A stretch of DNA of 64,000 bases from NCBI GenBank assembly GCA_030770535.1, contig JASVEC010000027.1:496001-560000 (forward strand), given 5' to 3'. Source of the DNA: Batkoa obscura (Eukaryota). A program made the position numbers and the translations under genes. This document shows, in pieces, positions 51,773 to 64,000 of this stretch (its first letter is position 1; every line of letters begins with the position of its first letter). The notes below the pieces were generated by a model. The model had not been told where the DNA came from, did no database searches, and saw only the letters and a list, made by a program, of their open reading frames with translations.

Positions 51773-51986
51773 TCTGTGAATTAGTGTATGTTAATAAATT
51801 AATAAATTAATAAATTGATGATTATTATTTGAATTTTTTAATTAATTCATGTACTGTTATCGATGTTTTTATAGTATTAATTTTAATATCTAGATTCTAG
51901 TTTTTAGTTTAAGGTAAACACTAGTAAAAACATACCCCTAGTTAATTTCTGCTTAAACAACTGTTGAAGCCTTTAAAATACAGCTG

Positions 51987-52130
51987 TTGCAACTCTTTTG
52001 TGGCTTTTTTGACGGTAATTTTTATTAAGTTATCTAAATATACTTTTTAATAGCCTGGTTCTAATATTTTAGCTAAGTGTATATTTTTTTTGTTAAATGA
52101 ACAGTTAGTTAAGTCACAAAAGAGTTGTAA
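51987..52130. repeat. 144-bp element bounded by 20-bp inverted repeats (18/20), possible MITE
   Basis: ttgcaactcttttgtggctt ... aagtcacaaaagagttgtaa. Confidence 0.55.
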
Positions 52131-55100
52131 TAACCATAAATGTAAGTTTTAAATATTAGTTGAAATTTACTTTTGGATTTGAACTTTTGTAGTAATTTTA
52201 AACCGTTTCAAAGAAAATACTTGAAATTTTAAAACCCAATTATTAGAATAGTTAAATTAAATACGTAAAAGGAAATAGACTAATGATTTTATAAACCATT
52301 TTATTATCATTACGGCTCTATTTAACTTTATTATGATTTTGTTTTATGTTATTTAGATTTTTTTAAATGGAATTCTTTTATATTATATGAGCTGATGCTT
52401 CGTAAGTAAGCTTTTAAGTTGTAATGTTTTGTATTTGAACCTTTCGTTTTTCTCAAAATTTAAAGCTGAGCTTGAGGCATATAAATTTAATTTTACCTTT
52501 ATAGTATACTTAAACTTCCTTAATGATCCTGCTTTTAGTATTTCTTCTAATTTGTATTAACGAATTGAGGTGCTAAAGTACAATAAGTTCGGATCCAAAG
52601 AATAGTGTGAAATTCTGTGTAGATTTGATGTGTATTAAGCTTATTTCTATGGATTATTTTATTAAAGATCAAGAATAAGAGCCCATGTATAAAAATCCCA
52701 TGACTTTAAAAACATGGTAGTTGAATTCTTATAAAAAAGTTGAAGGAAACTAAATAGCAAAAGTAGTTTGTATTAGGGCAACTATCAATTATTCCGCATA
52801 TGCAACAATCAATATAAAACTGTAATATTTTACCTTAAGTCTGTCTATTTGAGAATAAATTGGTATATTATAAAGTGTATATAAAATGTTGATATATAAG
52901 AGTATGATAATTTGCCAAAAGTAAAAATAGTGTATTTTGTACAATATTTAACCATCCAAGTACAACTTAGATATAAAATGCTATGAACGGAATGTTAACA
53001 AGTGGATTTGGGAATATTAAAGACTAAACCTAAACAATGTTTAAGTTTAAAATAAAAAATTAATCTACAAAAGAACAATGAAACATTTCCACGGCGCTTA
53101 TTTGTGACATACTTACGATAATAACTTAAAGAAAGCAATACTATTATATTTGTTGGAAAACAGCTGTTTTAGAATATCAGATTGCATGTGTATGATTGTC
53201 CCTTATTCAAATATACCTTCATTATCTAATACATATATACTTTTTGCTTAATGAAAGATATATGTTTATATATTTGAATAATCGTAATCATATAAAAGCA
53301 TAAAAACGAGTCAAAACCAAAATCAAACCTTTTTATTTTTTTAATAATGTTCGTTAGATCTTATTATTTGAATTATTATTTATACTATCCATGGAAACAG
53401 CACCTCCGTTTCTCTTATTGTTTTATATCTATACTATTCTTATATATTAATTCACAAAAACAAACTAAAGAAAATTAAAAACAAAACACAAACTTTAAAA
53501 CAGTGGCAAGGATAAAAAAGGTATAGATTTTCATAAAAGTAGAAAAATGTTCTAATAAATATTGTCGGATGTTTTGCAAAAAATAACTATTACTTTCTCT
53601 TTTTATAGTCATTATGTCGGAAAAAGTTGAAGATAAATTCGACAAGCTTGTTTGCTATCAATTAATAACTTATTATTCATGATCACTACCAATATGCTTT
53701 CATCTATTTTTTGATTAAATTCGTGAGTTTCACCAAAGTATTGCTTTGATAACTTCGCATAATTATTAAACGTATTTATAATTACTTGTCAAATTGAATA
53801 TGAGAGGAGAATACGAAACATCATATGTAGAAAGGATAGGGGCCTTCTTGCCATTTTTTAGTCATTTAAGAGTATCACTTACATTGTTTTTGTTTAATTT
53901 TCACGACTATAATAACTTTAGATGATTGCTATGATTCTTCATGTCACACTCAGGAAAGTTTGTCAATGAAACGTTTTTATTATATGTTCCTAAATATATA
54001 TCAATACTCTCTTTTAAAGAAACTTACTCTTTGACATTTCAACGCATTTTTTATCAGATCTTCTTTTTTGTATTGACGTCAATTTGATATTGAATATGTC
54101 TGTTTTCTCCAACTTCTATATACTAAAAACGTGTAAACTATAAGCTTGGGAGACATATGACACTAACAAAACTCTTTACTGTTATTTAACTCAATATAAC
54201 TATTATTTAATACCTGTGCTCCAACGATAGTGCCCATATCTTTATGCCTTTCATTTACTAAATTTTCAATCCACCTTCACACCATTTATTTATCTCTGTA
54301 TTTACTTTGAACGTTATAGGTTATCCAAACCGTAGTTTAAAATAGCTTACCTTTGTAATTTTCGGGTTAATGGCTTGGAAGGTAGGTATGATATTGTTTG
54401 GTTATGTATATACTTAAACTATGGGAGCTATCATGTTAATTAATTTATCACACCTTTGGCTTTTTGAGCTTCATATCAGATCTCTTTTTATTTTAATATT
54501 TATTCATAGTTTTCCCAATTCCACCGTTGGATAAAAAAGGAAAAAAAGAGAAAAGACATCCTTATATTTTTTATATTTAAATTTATATAAACGAGAGGAG
54601 ATTAGTGTTATTGATTTTCTTACAAATTAACAAATTGAATTACAAAGATAACTAATTACATTAAATTGTTTTTAACTAATTACAGCTTATATTGTAGATG
54701 GATTATAGCTTAAAGCCCATTGTTTATTACAGAAATATTATAAATAACAATGCAAATTAATATTAATTGTTTATTGACTATCAGGTATGAAGAAACTGTT
54801 TATATTTGAGTAACATTTACAGCTAAAAGAACTTTAATTATAAGAATATCATATTATTTAGAAAACGACTATCAAAAGAGTTATAATTTTTTACAAATAT
54901 TATAGTTTTATCTACGGAATTTAAAGGTGGTGCAAATCATTTTCCACCATATATTCAACTTTGATTTTAAATATTTTCATCAAAAGTCGTTCAAAATAAG
55001 CTTGGTATAGTACAACAAATAGTTTGAAATTTAAAATTTGACACTTTATAAGATTAAAGAACTTAGTAAATATTTACCGAGTCACTATAAAGAAAAAGAA

Positions 55101-55706
55101 AAAATATAAATAAGCTAAAGCGGATAGATAAGATTAACCGATAAATGGGCTTTAATGTATATAAGTAAATTTTAATTGGCTATTTAATCCAGCCTATTTA
55201 GGTATGAACAAAATTAATTTAAATTAAAGAATTAATGGCGACATCACAACAACTTAAGTAAAAAATCTATATTTGGACCTATGTTATTGCACCATCAATA
55301 CTGTTCATGTTCCTTACATTATCCACTTAAATCGAATTAATTGTTATTTATTTATATATTGGGATTAAAATTTAAAAATTATTGGTGTGGATATTCTTTA
55401 TAATAATTATGATAAATTTCGAGTTTTAAGTATGCTATACAGTGTCATAATTATATTAAGTATGAAACAATTTGGAATGTAAAAATAGAATGTAAAAACT
55501 AGGACATAAAATAAATATAATTTGATAGAAAAGCATGTTTATTTTTAAAAACCATAAAGATCTTGAATAAATTTCCCATAAACCTCCGATCCCCCTATGC
55601 AAAGTCAATATACACTATATTTTACTATACTTTAATCACCGTGGTACGGGATAGCTATATACTATTTTATAAAAATCCTATGTTTTAAGTTAATTATTAT
55701 ATTTTA

Positions 55707-55766
55707 ATAAATATAAATATAGATATAAATATAAATATAGATATAAATATAAATATAGATATAAAT
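55707..55766. repeat. AT-rich minisatellite (18-bp unit, about x3)
   Basis: ataaatataaatatagat repeated. Confidence 0.8.
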
Positions 55767-56605
55767 GTTTATGATGACATCTTAAATTTTTTATATCTCA
55801 AGTTTAAATTATCTTAAATATATGTAGTACAATTTTATTAACGATTGTAATATCATTTTATTTTTCAACATAACCATATACAATACAACAATACAACAAT
55901 ACAACAGTACAAACTTAATATAAATACATCCTTCCTTAAAGGTTGTATACATAAATGAATCAAGACTTCATAAGCTATTCGTAGCGGGTCCTATTTTATA
56001 TAAGATGATACCACGTAGCACCTCCGTCTTTAAATTATATTTAATGCCCATGTAAGTTAGAAAGACCTGATATCTATGCCCAATATATAAAAAACAACAT
56101 AGTATATGTAGATACCAAATGATTAAGCTTACCTTTTAAATCTATCACACTGAAATAATATACATATAATATACAGAAGGGCTTATTGTAAAGATCGATT
56201 TTAATAGACATCATAAAATCCTACTTACTTAGCTAATTGTACATATATGTTTAGATTTAAAAACATTTTACATAATTCACATAGCATTATTATCTAGAAG
56301 TAATAAGACAAATTTAGAAATAAATGACAATTGAATACGCTAATTCAATCATTAAGACAGCAATGAAACCTAGAAGAGGTAGAGAAAAAATTAAGGAGTA
56401 TACGAATTATGAGGTATAAGAGACAAATAATAAAAAAAGGTTTAAATAGTAAAATAAGATCCCGAGAACAATTAAAAACAATAACTTTTGTATTATATTT
56501 GACATCAATTGAAAGAAGATAAGTTAATTATAACGCTAGAATAATCCAGCTATAAAATCAACTTATTTGTTTTTAATTCCAATCGGAAACAATAAGCTTC
56601 TAAAG

Positions 56606-57802
56606 TTATTGTTCCTCTTCCGAATCTTCCATTCTATCTTCATTTGGGTCCTCTGGTATCACATTCTCGTCATGGGTCAATCCTACACTCTCATTCCCTT
56701 GATTACAATTTTCCACCCTTTTTTTACATCTTGTACTATTATAATGACGTAACAATATATCTCTTCTTGAGAAGGACTTGTTACAATATTCACAATGAAA
56801 GCTTTTGATACCAGTATGCAATTTCTCATGGCGTCGCAAACTATTCTTTCTACCAAAATTCATATTACATCTTTCACATCGAAATACCTTTTTAGGAGGC
56901 AATGGCCGGAGCTCATCGATTTTAATAGGTATACTTTTCGAATCTTTGAAAAAATTTGCATTCGTATTTTCAAAGACAATTGGGGCAGGCTTAATATTAT
57001 CAAAAATGTTTAGTGTATTCTTGTTGATATCAAAGACAGTAGGTGTAGGTGTAGGTGTAATGTTTTCAAAGACATTCATAGTCTTTTTGGCACCGTCGAA
57101 GATGGTAGGAGCCTTATTGTTATCATTAAATATAGTAGACACACTATTAGTATCATTAAAAGTGATCGGGGCATTTTGGGGGTCATTATAAACGGTAGAG
57201 ATGTTATTAATGAAAAGCTTATTATCCATACGGTCAGATAAAGATTCTATTTCACTAAAAGGTGGCAAAGTGGTGACGGGGTTATTAGCTGCGGAACGGA
57301 ATCTAAGCGGTGGAAGTTCTGTAGCTGGGTTTATATATGGCTTAGGTAAAAAGTCAAGAGGTGAAGGGACATTTTGGTAATAGCTGAATTTATTGTTCTC
57401 GGATTTTGGTGAAGTCACTAAAATTACAATATTAATAAATTATTATTTTGAAGTTTATTGAATTAACAATAATTATATTTAAGTTGATAGCTTTTTTGTC
57501 AAAGACTTACATGAATCAATTGCCATTTGATCAATATGATCCCTTGTCCTAATATAATTATTGAGAGGATTGTAATAATTAATTGGCGGGTCAATAGGGT
57601 GTGGCCTTGAACCAAAATCAACGCTACCCCTTTGCCTTATATACCTTTGGTCATAAACAAATTGTGTTTGTTGACTTGGACTAGTAATCATCATTGGAGA
57701 ATGATTATGAGAAAACGAATGTGAGCGTACATTGGGTTGATGTTGTGAGGTTGTAGGAAGATCTGGTGGAGAAGAGTTTCGATCATATTTTTTTTTATCC
57801 AT
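56606..57802 (-). CDS. C2H2 zinc-finger transcription factor (367 aa); exons 57511-57802 and 56606-57417
   Basis: Two fingers CERC..HEKLH and CEYC..H with an HTGIKSF linker; a GTAAG...TTTAG intron joins two track ORFs in frame; LPP motifs (ELPPLR, TLPPF). Confidence 0.9.
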
Positions 57803-59513
57803 TGTTGGTTGAAACTATAGACAGAAAGCAAAATTAGATGATTGAAACGCCCGAAGGCGCGTTAATTGAATAGAATATAAACTTTTCTCTTTTTTAGAAA
57901 AAAAAAGATAAGCTTTATAAAAAGGATTGATCACAAAAACTTCAAAAAAACTCAAAACTTTCACCAAAAAATAACTTTGATTTGTAAATTTGATATTTTT
58001 AATAATTAAACTCCTATGAGTTCGGATCTATTAACTACTTTACTTATTCAGTAATTATATTGAATAAATATTTACTAATATGTAAATTTTGATGTATCGT
58101 TACAATCATTCTTATAATTTTTATTCACAAGTGAAAGTGACGCCAATAAATAATAGGACACTGAAATTTAAATTTTACATTATGAAATAGAATATGATTG
58201 GAGCAAAGCGTTAGCAAAACCAACTTTAATCTCACAATACCCCAAATTAAAGATCGATTTAAGAAGTCAGGATGAGCCGTATTACTATATATGAACCAAA
58301 AATATTGGAATCATCAATTTCGAAAGTTATTCTCTATCTAATCTGGGATAGGAATATGTCACATTTATTTAGTATTTTTAATTGGCTAAAATAAAACTAA
58401 TATTTGGTAGTACTATGAAAACAGTATTGTACACAGTGTTTAATATGTAAGGATTTAAGTAATATAGAAACTAATTGGCTTATAAATGAATTAATAATTA
58501 TTGCAATCACATGATAATTATAATATATTCGTCAAGAGGGTATAAATAAATTTATAAATTTTATTATACTATTTGTATTATAAATAAATATACACTAATT
58601 CATAAATCTTTAGATATGAGGATAGCCAGCATTAAGGCTTATAAGATTTATTCATACTCAACTTCTCTTTTAATATTTTTATAACTATGTTGTAAATCTA
58701 TAAAATCTAGAATGTAATAATAAAAAACGGCTATTATAAGAATGAATATTTAATTCGGTTTATTGATTGATTTGATATAAAAAGTAAATTTTTATTCATA
58801 TTAGATTCAACACATGCTATTGGTTGTAATATATTTATTCGGTGTTGTTAAAGATACACTTTATTTAAAATAAATCTATAATATTATCTAATATATACTC
58901 TATCTACACTAAATAAAAATAAATGTATTTTAATAAGCAAAACTGTCTTTTAAAAATCGAATTAGAATAAGCATTCAACTTTTTATCTTAAATCATTTTT
59001 ATTTCTTATTTTCTATTTTTTTTTTTACAATTTTTTTTAATTGTATTTAATAAGCAATTTTAATTCAAGTTAGTGCCTTTGAAAGCAGGTAATTTAAATT
59101 AGCAACCATTGTTCTAAGCTTCTACAGTTTTAAAATTAGTTTATAAAGCTTAATTTAAACATGATATTTGTGTAACGTATGGGGGCTGGTTTGCATTAAA
59201 ACACCTATTTTTCAGTTTTTGTATTGTAAGTTTTATGGATTAAGGATAAAAATAGGGGGATGTCTAAATTGGTTTTATTTTTTTATCCAATTTTTAAAAA
59301 TTTTATATTAAAAACTTTGCTTAAAATTCTATAAAAATATATTCTTTATTAAAAACCAAAAATATTTAACAGTTTTAAATTATTTTATTGTAATTTGTAT
59401 TGTGAGTTGGCTGAATTCCTACTAGATTTAATAGAAACTCCCGGATTACCAAGGCTTTTACTAATATAACCTTATATCAGTATTAATCAAAGTTGTAATA
59501 TGTAAATAAATAC

Positions 59514-59616
59514 ATGGGGATATATTTTTTTGTTTAAGAGTTTTACTAACAATTTTTCCGCTCAAATATCGCTTAAAAAATAGAAAAAGTGATAAAGCCA
59601 AAAAAAGCATCCCCAC
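59514..59616 (+). mobile_element. MITE family A copy
   Basis: atggggatat...ccgctcaaatatcgctt...gcatcccca. Confidence 0.87.
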
Positions 59617-59765
59617 ATATTTTTATAAAATTTCATTGAGAAATATTTATTATTGACTGCTTTATAGCCAACATTAAAGACTTACTATCAAATAAATAAA
59701 TTATTTTAATGTTATAATTGCATTATTAATATATTACTAAGTTAATAAATAGCTATATAGGAGGC

Positions 59766-60056
59766 ATGAAAGTTGGAACTCAGTAGTAGGAGTTAAAAGC
59801 AGTTCTTGGTTGATTAACTTGCCTTGAGTCGAAGGGTCTTAGTTTATATAACTAAGATAGACTTAAATGAATAGGAATAATACGTAATAAGTTACGAGCT
59901 ATGTAAAACAAATAGAATAGACAATACTACTGTAAAATCTACCTAAGATGTTGTCAGAAAGATTTAGTGGCTTTATTAATGGTACGATATCAGGGAGTAA
60001 TTCAATTAAAAAGCATCGAGTTATTATGTTGAACAATCTCTTTTATACTCTAACTA
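59766..60056 (+). repeat. Dispersed ~290-bp repeat, copy B
   Basis: Inverted, diverged match to 49101-49391. Confidence 0.85.
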
Positions 60057-60519
60057 GTTTTATAAACGAATTAAGTGATTATCATGTGATAATCAATTAT
60101 AGAACTGATGAAGCAATATTTCACACATGTCAAGAACTTATAAATTTAAAAACTTAAAATTTGGATTAATAAGTAAATTCTGAAACCAATTCAGGCATCC
60201 CCATATAATCTATTTAACTAATTACTATGTATAAACTATTACATAATGTCAAAAGCTAAAATATTTAGATATTATTAAAGTAAATTTTAATTTGGGGTTT
60301 TTATTATTATCTAATATTATTTAGACGTATATTATGTTTTAATTATTAACCTTTTATGAGCATATTAAGATATCCACATTGGTAAAATAAAAATAAAAAT
60401 AAAAAAATCTTGTTTTGAAATGATTTGCTATAATTTTATATAAATTAACATTGTAATATTTTACAATTTATTATAAAAAGACAAATCTTCATAATGAGGA
60501 ATAGATGTAATAAAAAACA

Positions 60520-61934
60520 GTGAAATAATGAGTTTATGATCAATTTTTGTGTCATCATTCACAAACTTAAACATCTTAATAATTAATTTTTGAAGGTTTG
60601 GGAAAATAAATATAAGCAGTAAAAATCATTGTATGAAATAGTAAAGTCAATTTCAGTTTACTTTGTAAATTTACACTGAATTAAATCAAACTTTTGTTCA
60701 CAAACATCGATATCAGCTTCTAATCTATACCAAATGTTTCTTTAACATTTAAGTTCAGCTTGCGAGCAACATTAATAATATATATGTTTGATATTAGGAA
60801 AATTGCTTTCGATGCTTCTTTTGTTAACTTGATAACGTGTAATTCTTTTAAATTATTAGTTTTGAAATATCTTTATCAATTGAATATCTTAATTCAAAAC
60901 AACCCAAAGCAGTCATATTACAATGTTTAGATGGTCATATACTATTATATTTGTTGATATAATGTTGTTTACAATCTACCAATTTTATACTTTTTAATTT
61001 CTTCAAATTATCTAAACATTTAAGATTATCTCATAGGTAAGGTCTGATTCAATTTTCAAATCTAAATCAGAGCAGAAATTTACACTGGAATTTACCTCAT
61101 CTGAATAGGCAGTATGCATACCGTCGCTATTTAAGTGTAATATTTTTAATTTTGTAAACTTTGTTTTAACAATATCAAGCCCAATAAGACCTAAATACCT
61201 TCCGCAATATACTTTAAGTGATTTCAATTTGGTTAAATCCAAATGTTTTTTTCTTGAAAAGCACGCGTCTCATGTATTTTATTAGCTAAAGTAAAAAGAT
61301 AAATATTAAAGTCAGTAAACCCTAAGGACAGAACCGCCAAACAGGGAGCTTTTGGAAGCACAGGAAAGGAGTTCAGATTTTTAAAACCTTTTTCCGATTG
61401 AGAGAGTCGAAATGCAGTATATTGTAACTCCATGGATCCAAATGTTTGCCAATTCCTTTGATTGGGATCCTAATCCTATAGGTATTCAAATACTTCAAGT
61501 TGATTTAAATAACTGCTAATAAATTCTTATACTTGTACATACTCAGAAGTTGCCTTCAAACTCTTTAGTAGTTCCTTTCATCCAGAAAAAGCAAAATCTA
61601 TAGTCTTGTATTCGTTTTTGATAATACGATCGAAAACCCAGAGTATATAATTGACATTTGTACAATAATTTAAATATCTACTAACTTTATTACTATTGAC
61701 CACATTGATGTGTTTTACTAACATTACATTTTCTTTAATAAAAGTCATTTGATAACTGCCGAACACTAATTTCTCAAGCCTACTGAAACTTGGGCATTCT
61801 TGAATTTCATACATCATAAAATGAATAAGTTGAGTTATGCTTGATAATCCTAAATACAATCTCGAATAAATAGTTACTTAAAAACGTAGGTTAAATAACT
61901 CAAATGAATGTAATTGTTTAAACTTTACTGGCAT
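60520..61934 (-). pseudogene. Decayed LRR-like (possibly F-box/LRR-type) gene; 3' end approximate
   Basis: Track ORFs 61578-61859 and 61233-61433 share a frame with the ATG at 61934, broken by stops and then frameshifts; LRR-like FSRLEKLVF, LTKLKSLKV, FTKLKILHL, LKKLKSIKL, FPNIKHI. Confidence 0.65.
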
Positions 61935-62144
61935 TTTAAGATTGAATTAAATTGATTATAAAAAGTTCGTTTATTTTTTTCCTTAGTTAATTTATATACA
62001 GATTTATACAAATGAAACTTAAAATATTATTACAATTATATAGCATTATTGGTTTAAAATATAAGTTTGCTTTTTTTTAAAAACTCAAATGAGTCCTTTG
62101 TGATAAATTTGCTTTTTAAATTATGAAATCAGTCTTCCTTCTAT

Positions 62145-62246
62145 TTGAAGATGTTTTTTTGGCTTCGTTATTTTTTCTATCTTTTAAGCGCTATTTAAGT
62201 GAAAAAACTGTTAGTAAAATTCTTAAATACAAAAATACATCCCCAT
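62145..62246 (-). mobile_element. MITE family A copy
   Basis: tgaagatgtttt...aagcgctatttaag...acatccccat. Confidence 0.85.
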
Positions 62247-62450
62247 TTTATTTCAAAAATATTCAAACTTAAAAAATAAACAACGTGCAATAGGTAAACT
62301 TGCTACCAAAGGAGTAAGGAGGGAGGTTATTAAAGTGAAAGTGAAAAAAAGTGAAGTTTTCTTTTTTTTCGGTTTCTGAATAGCAAATTTAACATTAAAA
62401 AAGTTTTATTCTATCTTACGTTAATTTATCAAAATAATAAAATTAAGGTA

Positions 62451-62549
62451 AGATGATGTTTTTTTGGCTTCATCACTTTTTTCATTTTCTAAGCGCTATT
62501 TAAGCGGAAAAATTGTTAGTAAGTCTTAAATAAAAGAATACATCCTCAT
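62451..62549 (-). mobile_element. MITE family A copy
   Basis: gatgttttttggcttcatcac...aagcgctatttaagcgg...acatcctcat. Confidence 0.85.
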
Positions 62550-62790
62550 AATAATAGAAAGTTCTATAAATATGAGTCCTACTTTAATTAGGTAATAAAT
62601 ATTGTACTTCCAATAGTGAAGCTCACTATACAGTTTAAAACATTACAAGTTTTTAACCCTTTATAAATAATAGATAATTCAAATTATTATTGTAATTTTT
62701 TATTATGTAAGAAAGCAAAAACATTATGTAAGAAAAAAAGTAATAAGGATATAAAAGGAAACACAAATAAAGCTAAGTTCAAAAATCAAA

Positions 62791-63549
62791 ATGGTAAAAC
62801 TACAACTAAGAAAAAATGAGGAACGTGGGAACTTTCAATCAAGTGCAATAACAGCAAAGTACTCTTTTAGTTTTTCTGATTATATTTCTTCAAAACATAG
62901 GGGACATGGTAGTCTTCGAGTATTAAATGAAGACACCATCTCGTCTAAAGGAGGTTTTGAAATGCACGAACATCAAAATTTTGAAATCTTAAGTTATATA
63001 ATATCAGGTGAATTAGAGCACGTAGATGATATGGGAAATCGGGAACTAGTTAAAAAAGGAATGATTCAATTTACAAGCGCTGGTAAAGGGATTCGACATT
63101 CAGAAAAAAATATCAATAAAAAGAAATGCCACTTACTGCAGATTTGGATTGCGCCCCTGGAGTTCAACCTAACACCAAAATATCAAACGTTGTCTTATAA
63201 TAAGTTGAAGAGTATTAATCAATTTCTCCCGATTGTTTCGCCTATCACTAAGACATTACCCGATACTATTGGTGTTAACGCTAATTGTTATATTAGTTGT
63301 TTAGCCTTACAAACAAAGGATGAAGCGATATATAAGTTCCTCAATGCTTATAATTCGAGTCGGAAAGTTTATATTCATTTAGTTGAAAATCAGGGCAATT
63401 CCTCTATATGCTGGTTAAATAATGATCTTAAATTATCTAGTGGAGATGGAGCGTATTTAGATAAATTCCAAGCAAAGGAAAGTAAACTCTTATTTAAAAA
63501 AGAAGGTGAACAAAATCTAGAATTAGTAGTTTTTGAAATGTATAAATAA
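62791..63549 (+). CDS. Pirin-family bicupin protein (YhhW-like)
   Basis: LRVLNED, GFEMHEHQNFEILSY, GELEHVD, SAGKGIRHSE, LQIWI motifs. Confidence 0.93.
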   Translation: MVKLQLRKNEERGNFQSSAITAKYSFSFSDYISSKHRGHGSLRVLNEDTISSKGGFEMHEHQNFEILSYIISGELEHVDDMGNRELVKKGMIQFTSAGKGIRHSEKNINKKKCHLLQIWIAPLEFNLTPKYQTLSYNKLKSINQFLPIVSPITKTLPDTIGVNANCYISCLALQTKDEAIYKFLNAYNSSRKVYIHLVENQGNSSICWLNNDLKLSSGDGAYLDKFQAKESKLLFKKEGEQNLELVVFEMYK

Positions 63550-63798
63550 ACAATTGTTAATTTAAAAAGTTTTTATTCTTTTACATATTTCATTTGTAAT
63601 ATGCCAATGCTTAGGTAATTTTTAAAATAAAACATCTCAAACATTTTAATTTAATTTATCAATTATAAATTATAAAGTTCGAAACTTAAAGTCAAGAATC
63701 AAGATTATAAATCACTTAAAAATAAAAAAGTATATAAGCAAATATAAAATGGAAAGAAAAAAATTACAAAAAATCAGAAAAATCAAAATTACAAAACA

Positions 63799-64000
63799 AT
63801 GGTAAATATCAAAATAAGAGAAAGCGAAAGCCGAGGATATGTTGACAAAGGCTGGTTAAAAGCTAGCCATAGTTTCAGCTTTTCAACCTATGTTGATGAG
63901 GAACATATGGGATATGGTCTCTTACGAGTATTAAACGAAGACCACATAGAAAAGAGCTCTGGTTTTGGGTTTCATTCACATCGTAACTATGAGATAATAA
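63799..64000 (+). CDS. Second tandem pirin-family gene (partial, runs off the window)
   Basis: MVNIKIRESESRGYVDKGWLKASHSFSFSTY...LRVLNED...GFGFHSHRNYEII. Confidence 0.9.
   Translation, partial: MVNIKIRESESRGYVDKGWLKASHSFSFSTYVDEEHMGYGLLRVLNEDHIEKSSGFGFHSHRNYEII

Noticed and set aside
53600..54530. Minus-strand protein-like fragments including GGIGKT (P-loop-like)
   Set aside because: No sustained frame or second motif; cannot be distinguished from chance by eye
56567..57191. Plus-strand ORFs overlapping the zinc-finger gene (also 44330-44569, 51061-51243, 21532-21720 over other genes)
   Set aside because: Antisense or alternate-frame shadows of better-supported genes
3689..62549. Recurring ~100-bp sequence as a CRISPR array or ncRNA/SINE
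   Set aside because: Copies are dispersed in both orientations with terminal inverted repeats, no regular spacers and no evident Pol III boxes or poly(A) tail; the host is eukaryotic

Overview
AT-rich eukaryotic DNA with short GT-AG introns. The gene content (DASH subunit Dad1, NF1/Ira-type RasGAP, gamma-SNAP) points to an early-diverging fungus; this is an inference. Conserved genes are an aquaglyceroporin, tRNA-Trp, a myotubularin, ASNSD1, DAD1, a neurofibromin-like RasGAP, a DUF4748 protein, gamma-SNAP, a C2H2 transcription factor and two tandem pirins. The most striking element is an ~18.5 kb tandem array (8898-27422) of nine same-strand paralogs encoding small, secreted, strongly cationic proteins with Cys-free mature regions. 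Each has a signal peptide, an amphipathic helix, a Pro/Lys-rich hinge and a conserved C-terminal R-x-W-I-K-K-I-x-N-S-[ILF]-type helix. I do not recognise the family; it resembles a membrane-active antimicrobial or cytolytic peptide family. It shows birth-and-death evolution: 5 intact copies, 3 with nonsense codons, 1 stop-loss copy, gene-conversion tracts and a 569-bp inverted duplication of one copy. A ~100-bp MITE family (16 near-full copies plus fragments), several other foldback elements and decayed genes fill the intergenic DNA. All alignments and counts were done by eye.
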